From Eledone cirrhosa (lineage: Eukaryota), in assembly GCA_964016885.1 (NCBI GenBank), contig OZ024740.1, positions 284,394,001 through 284,458,000 on the forward strand: a stretch of DNA of 64,000 nucleotides. Direction: 5' to 3'. The position numbers and the translations under genes were made by a program. Below, piece after piece: positions 25,047 to 64,000 of this stretch; the first letter of the stretch is position 1, and each line of letters starts with the position of its first letter. The notes beneath the pieces are model-generated. The model saw only the letters and a list, made by a program, of their open reading frames with translations. It did no database searches and was not told where the DNA came from.

Positions 25047-25620
25047 GACATATTCTATCTATCTAATCTAAGGCGGGTAAAATTCCCGAGATCCATGGAC
25101 GAGTTCTCTCCAGAGGTCTCTGTCCCTCATTATCACTGCCATGTCCTGCGTCTCCAACACACCAGTGTCTGTCCTTAGGGCATCAACATACGTTAACCTT
25201 GGTCTTCCTCTTCTAGTGTGTCCATGTAGGGGCTCCCAAAGGAGCACTGAGTGCAATGTCAACTCTGGATTGGGAATACGGAAGATGATGTGGTTGAGAG
25301 GAAGAGCAAGGCCTGGGCGGCGTGCCACAGCTTGAGATCAGTGTGGAAGTCGGACCTTCGTAGAGACCTGAAAATCCGCCTCTTCATTGCTGTAGTGGAG
25401 TCTGTGCTGCTGTATGGGTCTGAGACTTGGACACTGACCAAGAAATTCACTCAGATGGTGGATGGGTGCTACACGAGAATGCTGAGGATGGCTCTGAACA
25501 TTAATCAGTATACACTGAGGATGAAAAACTCAGAGCTGTATGGGAGCATCCCAAAAGTCAGCTCAAAAGTGACACAGAGGAGACTGAGGTTAGCTGGACA
25601 TGCTCACTGACATATTCTAT
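25047..25620 (-). mobile_element. RTE-type LINE 3' insertion with 5' inversion and 12-bp TSD
   Basis: TSD GACATATTCTAT at 25047-25058 and 25609-25620. The - part encodes PELTLHSVLLWEP..RGRP; the + part encodes VESVLLYGSETW..RRLRLAGH. Confidence 0.88.
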
Positions 25621-26102
25621 ATATTTATCTATCTGCCTGCTATATTATTACATTTCGGTGGAATTTATTGCCTTTTTAATATATTTTGAACGAAATGTTT
25701 TTAAATATTAATTTTTCAACTTTTGAATTTAAACAAATGTTAATTATCAGATACAATTAAAATATATATATGTATATATATATATGTATATATATATATG
25801 TATATATAAATATATATATGTATATTCCGTCTGAAATAATTAATACACTGTCTCAAATTTCTACTTTCTCACATGTAGCTATACGATTGGAAATAAAGAC
25901 CTTACCTCAATAAGCAAACCATTGGTGAAAATGTTTTGTAAGGCTTGTTAATAGTTTCTAAAAAATTAATAAAAGAAATCATCGTGCACACTGTATGTTT
26001 CATTGCAGTATGATGCAAGGGAAATAACTCTGACAAGAAATTAATTTATCTCCCTTAAATATGATTCGTTATATCGTTCTGTCATCTGGTGTGATACAAT
26101 AA

Positions 26103-27058
26103 TTGTTTCTACTTTTAGGCACAAGGCCAGCAAATTACTCAGTGCATTACTGGTACTTTATTTTATCGACCCCGTAAGGCAAAGTCAACCTCGGCGGGAT
26201 TTGAACTCAGATCGTAAAGGGACGTAACTATGCTGGAAAGCATGGCGTCCGACCCTCTACCTATACTGCCAATATACTTGAAATAATAACTCAAATAAAC
26301 ATTAATTTAAACAAGCAAACTCCGAGAAAACTTGTGTTCTGCATTAGGGAAAACATTTCAGTGAAAACTTTGGACGAGTTCGTATGTCGTTGAAAAGAGA
26401 AAGTGGTTTAGTCTGTTTAATGAGTCACTATCTTAGCAGTGTATCACTTTAGCCCCTGACTTTCTATGAACACCCCTTTCGCGTGATTAGCCCCCTTATT
26501 ACCTTTTTCTCATATTTTCGTCTTCAAGCGTATATATTTTCGCTTTTACAATAAAGATATTTTTAAATTCATTTTTCGACGAAGGGCTTTGTTCCAAATA
26601 TCTGTATTTCTATCACCTAGCAGTTAGGGAACTTCGTTACAAAATACTTATGTACGTAATATGATAAATAAATAATTGTTTCTACTTTTGGCACAAGGCC
26701 AGCAATTATCCCAGTGCATTACTGGTACTTTATTTTATCGGCCCCGTAAGGATGAAAGGCAAAGTTAACCTCGGCGTGATTTGAACTCAGAATGGCAAGG
26801 ACCGTAACTCTATGCGTCAAAGCATGGCGTCCGACCCTCTACCGATACTGCCAATCCACCGGATAAATAAATAATTGTTTCTACTTTTTGGCACAAGGCC
26901 AGCAAACACCCAGTGCATTACTGGTACTTTATTTTATCGACCCCGTAAGGATGAAAGCAAAGTTAACCTCGGCTGAATTCGAACTCAAAATGGCAAGGGT
27001 CGTAACTCTATGCATCAAAGCATAGTGTCCAACCCTCTACCGATACTGCCAATCCACC
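26103..27058 (-). mobile_element. Three tRNA-derived SINE copies (~26103-26272, ~26676-26860, ~26875-27058)
   Basis: Same SINE consensus. Confidence 0.88.
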
Positions 27059-27174
27059 ATGTTGGTGTTGGAGTTGTAAAAAAGTATCTTTTATCTGTGC
27101 TTTTTTTTTCTGATATTTTCGCATTTAAATTTACCTTTTTCATGCAATTCTTTCTCATGTGACTTTCCTTGGTT

Positions 27175-27362
<188 letters not shown>

Positions 27363-28189
27363 GTATATATTATATATGGGTTAATTCTTCATAAGTCAGA
27401 ACAAAACTATCAGTTGTAATTTTTTTAGCTTGAAAATAAAATCTTAAACTCTATTTCCTCTCTTAGGTACTTTTTCTCTAGTTTGTAAACACAAACATTT
27501 GCTAATTTGGATCATCAAATTCTATGATCAAAGAAAGTCTTGTTAGTTGCCGAACGGAATAGGACCAGATATCGAAAGTCCATTAAACTGGCAGCCAGAA
27601 AGGTAGTTAACAGGAACTAAAAAAACTATTATAGAAAGATATGTAGACAAGGTTCTAACATCATGTAAATCACAATAACAAAAAAAAAAATGAAGTATGG
27701 TCCTCACTTCATACCATAGTATATGACACAGCTAAAACAGTAATTGAAAAAATAAGCAGTAGAGATCATGACTACACATGCTTCTCTGTTAGAGCATCAC
27801 AATCAAACTTGACACAAATGTCTCCAAGTTTCCAACACTCAATAAAGCTCTGATAATTCCAGTAAAGCCAAGAGGAGACTGCAACGTTACATCTGTAATT
27901 TGAAATTGAAGATATAGGAAAATCAACCAAATGGGTGGTAAAATGCTGCTAATGAAATGTGTAGCTTCTATGCCAGGCTGAGGGATGAATACAGATCTCA
28001 AAAAAGAGATGCCACTCAGATGAGGTCAACTGATAGATTAACAATGTTCAAAGGAAGAAGGAAAATATTTGACCACTTTACAAAGCACCTTCAGAAAGAG
28101 ACTGATGCACCATGGCATGACAAACAAAAACCTTGAAAAATGTAATGCATCACATTACTGGTGTAGCAATAAATAACCCATGAAGTGTT

Positions 28190-28936
28190 TGTAACGAATA
28201 TTCCGTTTGTAACGAATAAGTGAATAGAATGAATTGTTGGTATAATGGTTTCAATGCAAAGAATAATACCAGGATTGTGTTGTTACAAAGTTTATTTTAT
28301 TATAACAATATTCAATTTGAATATTGAATGATAAAATTTATAACATGAAATATTCGTACAATAATTTGGTGGCTCTTCGAGCCATGTAAATACAAGTATC
28401 ACAGAATACGATTATAATATAATTTGTATTGTATCTGAAAGATACAATGTGACAGAAATGGTACGTATAAAAATGCAAGCAGTGTTAACTTACTGTGTGT
28501 GCGTGTGTGCGTATCTGTATACTTTCTTGTTTTAGCAGTAGTAGTAATCACTCAGCCCGGTGTGTGAGAAATAGTAGACAGACGTTTTTCGTGAAGGGAG
28601 ATTTGACAGAGTAGGTGAAATGTCCATTCTTGTCCGTGGTAACACTTTTTCTGCCGGGGTGTAAACAACCCCTGTATTTATAACGGTTGAAGTTAGAAGG
28701 ATAGATATATCCTCTGACCTTTGGTTAGAATCTCCAAACGGGTTGGTCTGCCAGGCGTAAACAATTTAGAAGGATGGATATATCTGACCACTTTTTTTGC
28801 CAGGCGTAAACAACATCTGACCTATGTTTAGCATCTCTCAAGGGGTTGTCCCAGAGGGCTTGTCCCAGAGGCGGGAAAGCTCAGATTCGGTTTCGAATCT
28901 TCGCCGCCATTATATGTTTAAGACATGTTGGTCACA
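28190..28936 (-). mobile_element. Possible solo LTR
   Basis: TGTAAC...GTCACA termini, TATA-like and AATAAA motifs on the - strand, internal short repeats; no TSD seen. Confidence 0.35.
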
Positions 28937-30633
28937 ACCAAGACACCCTCAGATAAAACAAAAACACACCAAGTGTAGATGGAATACTATCTGAGGTAGA
29001 AAATTAGAGATGACAAACTCATTAGATGTCTTCAGCAATTGATGTTGGAATAATGGGAGGTTAGTTATGCCCCCACCCTCATATTCAAGAAGGGGAACAG
29101 GAATACATGTAGGAACTTTTGAGGGATTTTACTACTTGCTATAGCCAGGAAGATTCACACTGGAGTAGTTCTCAATGGACAGAGTGAGAAATCCCAGAAG
29201 TTCTAATAAAACACTGTGGGTTCAAAAGGAAAAGAATTGCCATTGTTAAAGTGCTCTCTCTCTCTCCATGATATCAAGAAGAAATGTGTGAAGTGGAACA
29301 AAGCATTGTATGTAGTCTTCATTGGTTTCATCATTAAGGCATTCAACACAATAAATTGGTCAGGTCTATGGCAGGTATACAGAAGGTTTGGGTGGCAAGA
29401 AAAGAGTAGCCATATAGCCAAGTCACTACACACTGGTGTGAAGACTCAACTTATGGAGTTGAACTCCATCTGTATACAATTTTATGTTTTGATGTTCGAG
29501 TGGAAGTCTAGCATAGCTATGTGATAGTAGTGCTAACATTGTTCTCACTCTCTCTGTTAAAGTCCTTAAGAATGGTTCTGCAATTCAAATGGTGCTAACC
29601 TATTTAAGGAGTAACACCAAAAAACTAAGACTAAGAGCATACATACACTAATGACAAAAATGTTTCATGTAGAAAGAGATATATGAAATAAGGCTAAATG
29701 ATGCAAAATGGATGGTAAGATGAAGGTAACGAAAAAGTTACCTGTTGATCTTTGTTGTTGTTTTGTTTTTGTTTGTTTGTTTTTTTTTTCGTTTTTTTTT
29801 CGTCCTAATATTTTGGGACTTAAAATTCTCTTCTTCAGAGCATAAGGAACTCTCACAGAGAAAAATGATCTGTTTCTTCTCTTTGAAATTATATTTAGAT
29901 TTAAATTTTATAAAGCTAGAAAAATGTTGTTTACAGACAATTGTGGCCATGTTTCCCATAGTGAAGAGGATATGCAGAAGCTAGTGGAAACATTTCACAG
30001 TTCAGGCACAAAGTTAAGCTTGAATATTAACATTCAGAAGACTAGGGCTTTTTTCTCAGCCAAGTTCTGATATAAAACAAGGAGCACAACCTGAGCCCAT
30101 CATCTTCGAAGAGCAGAAGCTAGAAGAGGCAAGCCACTTTTCTATCTGGACAGTAAAATGAATAGTGATGGTAGACTTGATGGCAACTTAAATTGTAGGA
30201 TGAACAGTGCAAACTCAGCATTCAGATGTTTGAGTGACAAACATGTATCACTCATTGAACAACAAACATGTATCACTCCAAATGGAGTGTAAAATATATT
30301 AAGCAATGCATTGTATTATTTACATTATTTTACTTTTTACATGTACGTATATATAAAAAGATAACATGTTGAGAAAAAACAGCTGTGTGTAAATATATAT
30401 ATACATATATGCACCCGGACACATATGCACACATATATATATGTGTATATATATATATGTGTGTGTGTGTGTGTATACATACATACATATTTATATATAT
30501 GTATGTATGTATATATATATGTATATATATATATACACACACACATACATATATTGAGAAAAAACAGGTGTGTGTAGATATATATATATACATATATGTA
30601 CCCCCCCCCCACACACACACACATATGTATATA

Positions 30634-30693
<60 letters not shown>

Positions 30694-30747
30694 AGATGAG
30701 AGCAGGGCTAATTTTCAGTCCAAGGATATACCTCTATCGCAACCATA

Positions 30748-61564
<30,817 letters not shown>

Positions 61565-62194
61565 GTAAGTCCATACCATTATTATAATTTTATTTTTTCA
61601 TTTGGTTTCCATTTTATTTTATTTTCCAGCTGGGTCTCAACCAGAGACCCAAGGCACATATACATTAGATGGAGAGAAACTTTCTGAGAAGGTGGGCAGT
61701 TGTTGTCAGCACAATTTTTTGAACATCATAGATTGTAGGTTTCCCTGGGTTGGTCAAAAAAATTTACAGCACCTTTCTTGATCATTCCCAGAGCACACAC
61801 AACAGGGAGGATTTTGGTTTTTAATTGCCACATATCTCAATGTTTTTCAAATTCTTTTGCTGAGATGTTTCTATCACTGTCACATTATTATTATCATCAT
61901 TAGGGCAGTGGATTGGCAGTATTGGTAGTGTATTGGGCAACATGCTTTGTGGCATAGAGTTATGGCACTTTATGTTGTGAGTTCAAATCCAACCCAAGCC
62001 TTTCATCCTTAAAGAGTCAATAAAATAAAGCACCAGTAATGCACTGGGTTCGATTTAATCAGCTTTCCCCCTATCTTCAAATTGCTGGCCTAGTACCAAA
62101 ACAGTTATTACCATTAGTACACAACCCATTATTTTCACAGGAGGAATAAGCGATATTAGATCTTTTATCCAAACTTTAACAAAGCTATATCATC

Positions 62195-63110
62195 TAGATC
62201 CTGAACACTATAGATCTTGATTGCAGTCTGACCTGGACACAATGCAACAATGGATCTCAAACTGGCAACTCAAGCTAGCTGTGGACAAGTGCACCACCAT
62301 GCATTTTGGGAGTAAAAACCCAGCGTCCACATACTCCCTCCATAGCACTAATATCAAGAAGTCTTCTTGTGAACGTGACCTGGGCATTACGGTCAGCAGC
62401 GATTTGCGTTGGACGAAGCATGTCTCTAAAATTGTCAAGAGGGTCGAGGGTGTCTTAGCATCACTCAGAATAACCTTTGTCAGCCGCTCTCCAGCTATCT
62501 ATTTAAGGCTGTACATGGCTATGGTGCGGCCACACTTAGAATTTGCATCACCAGTCTGGAATCCCTATCTTCCTCAGAACATTGACCTCCTGGAAACTGT
62601 TCAGAGACGTGCAACCAAGCGAATACCCTCCATCAGGCATCTACCATACTCTGAGCGCCTTGCTTCCCTGGGCATGGATACATTGAAGCTCCGACGCCTG
62701 GCAACTGACTTGGTAAACACCCACAAAATTGTTAACCATCTTGCCAACAACAACCCTGAGTACCTTTTTGATTTCCATGTGTCTAACACACGTGGGCATG
62801 CCCACAAAGTCAGAAAACAGCACAGTTCCCATGACTTTCGGAAACATTTTTCACGCTCAGAGTTGCTGAAGCATGGAACAAACTACCTGCATCAGTTGTT
62901 AGCTGCCGAGACACTGCATCTTTTAAAACCTCCATGCTTCCCGAGATTCGCCAACACTACACCTAATGTTCCCCCTCCATACATATGCACACATGTATAT
63001 CATGGCTCATACACTATTCACTTCCCTGACATTTGTATATTATTCTATGCACCTTTGACGAGTTGTAGTGCACCTGAGCACTTTACACAATAATTTCATT
63101 ATTATTATTA
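62195..63110 (+). mobile_element. CR1 3' fragment
   Basis: LQSDLD..WQLKLAVDKC..VRPHLEFASPVWNP; (ATT)n tail. Confidence 0.92.
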
Positions 63111-63134
63111 TCATCATCATCATCATCATCATCA

Positions 63135-63460
63135 TTATCATCATCATCATTATCATCATCATCATTATCATCATCATCATCATCCTCATCATTGTTTTAC
63201 GATGACTTTTCTAAGCTTGCATTGGTTAGACATATCTTTTCCAGCATAGCATCACTCCATTTGTTGTGCTCCTTCATCATCTCTTCTGCAAGCTTCAGCA
63301 ATTTGAGATCATCTCTCACAACTTCTACCCAGGTCTTCCTTGGTCTTCCTCTGCTACAGCTTCCTTCCCCTAGGAACTTCTGACACTTCTTCCCCAAATG
63401 ATCATCATTCATATGCATCACATGTCCATACCAGTGCAGTTTCCTCACATTTTGTGCCAC
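63135..63460 (-). mobile_element. RTE 3' fragment
   Basis: LHWYGHVMHM..RGRPRKTW; (GAT)n tail. Confidence 0.8.
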
Positions 63461-63702
63461 TGTATATTCATTTTCTAACCAATCAACCTTAAATTTCAGG
63501 ACATGGCAGATGTTTCTATTCTGTATACATACAGTTATATGTATATATATATATGCATGTATATATATGAGTATTTATGAAATCAATCAATGTTGTTAGT
63601 CTAATGACCTCATGCATCCAATTGATTACAGTTGTATATATACATATATATATATATACATATCTATATATATATATATCTATATCTATATATATATATA
63701 TC

Positions 63703-63735
<33 letters not shown>

Positions 63736-63903
63736 ATGTGTGTATGTGTGTGTGTGTGTTATATTTTCTAGGAGTGGTTGTGTGTGGCGGTGTGTGGCTG
63801 CACCACTGAGTGTGTGTGTGTGTGTGTATATATGTGTCTGCATGTTTTGTTACTTATATGAGGAAGGGTAAGAAAAACTGTGGTGTTTAATGCTGGTTTA
63901 ATC

Positions 63904-63942
<39 letters not shown>

Positions 63943-64000
63943 TTGTGTGAGGATAGATAAGGTTTTGTTTATGTATATCAAGAATGAATGTTCTTTTCTC

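Noticed and set aside
27500-30300. Host-gene exons
   Set aside because: Looks like highly decayed LINE sequence with stops and no consistent splice sites; too degraded to annotate.

Overview
AT-rich, microsatellite-rich metazoan DNA. The SINE/LINE repertoire suggests a mollusc, probably an octopod cephalopod (inference). The single host gene is a secreted M14A metallocarboxypeptidase (CPA/CPB-like) on the + strand. Nine frame-consistent coding exons could be read from 30748 to 61564; the last exons lie beyond the window. The rest is mostly transposon-derived: Penelope-like elements (PLEs), a full-length Tx1/L1-clade LINE, a PHD-finger RTE LINE, R4/Dong, CR1 and CRE fragments, a tRNA-Trp-primed non-autonomous LTR element, tRNA-derived SINEs, and mariner, MULE and hAT remnants. 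Main observation: the apparently identical 310-bp tandem array at 1-3802 carries a complete minimal type-I hammerhead ribozyme (HHR) on the - strand of each of its 12 full monomers, inside a strongly self-complementary unit. The array ends in a PLE-style 124-bp fold-back next to a PLE. This is the architecture of a non-LTR retrozyme (ribozyme satellite yielding ~310-nt circular RNAs). About ten further intact or decayed HHRs are dispersed through the window, several inside fold-back remnants. All structures were read by eye; no folding or database search was run.
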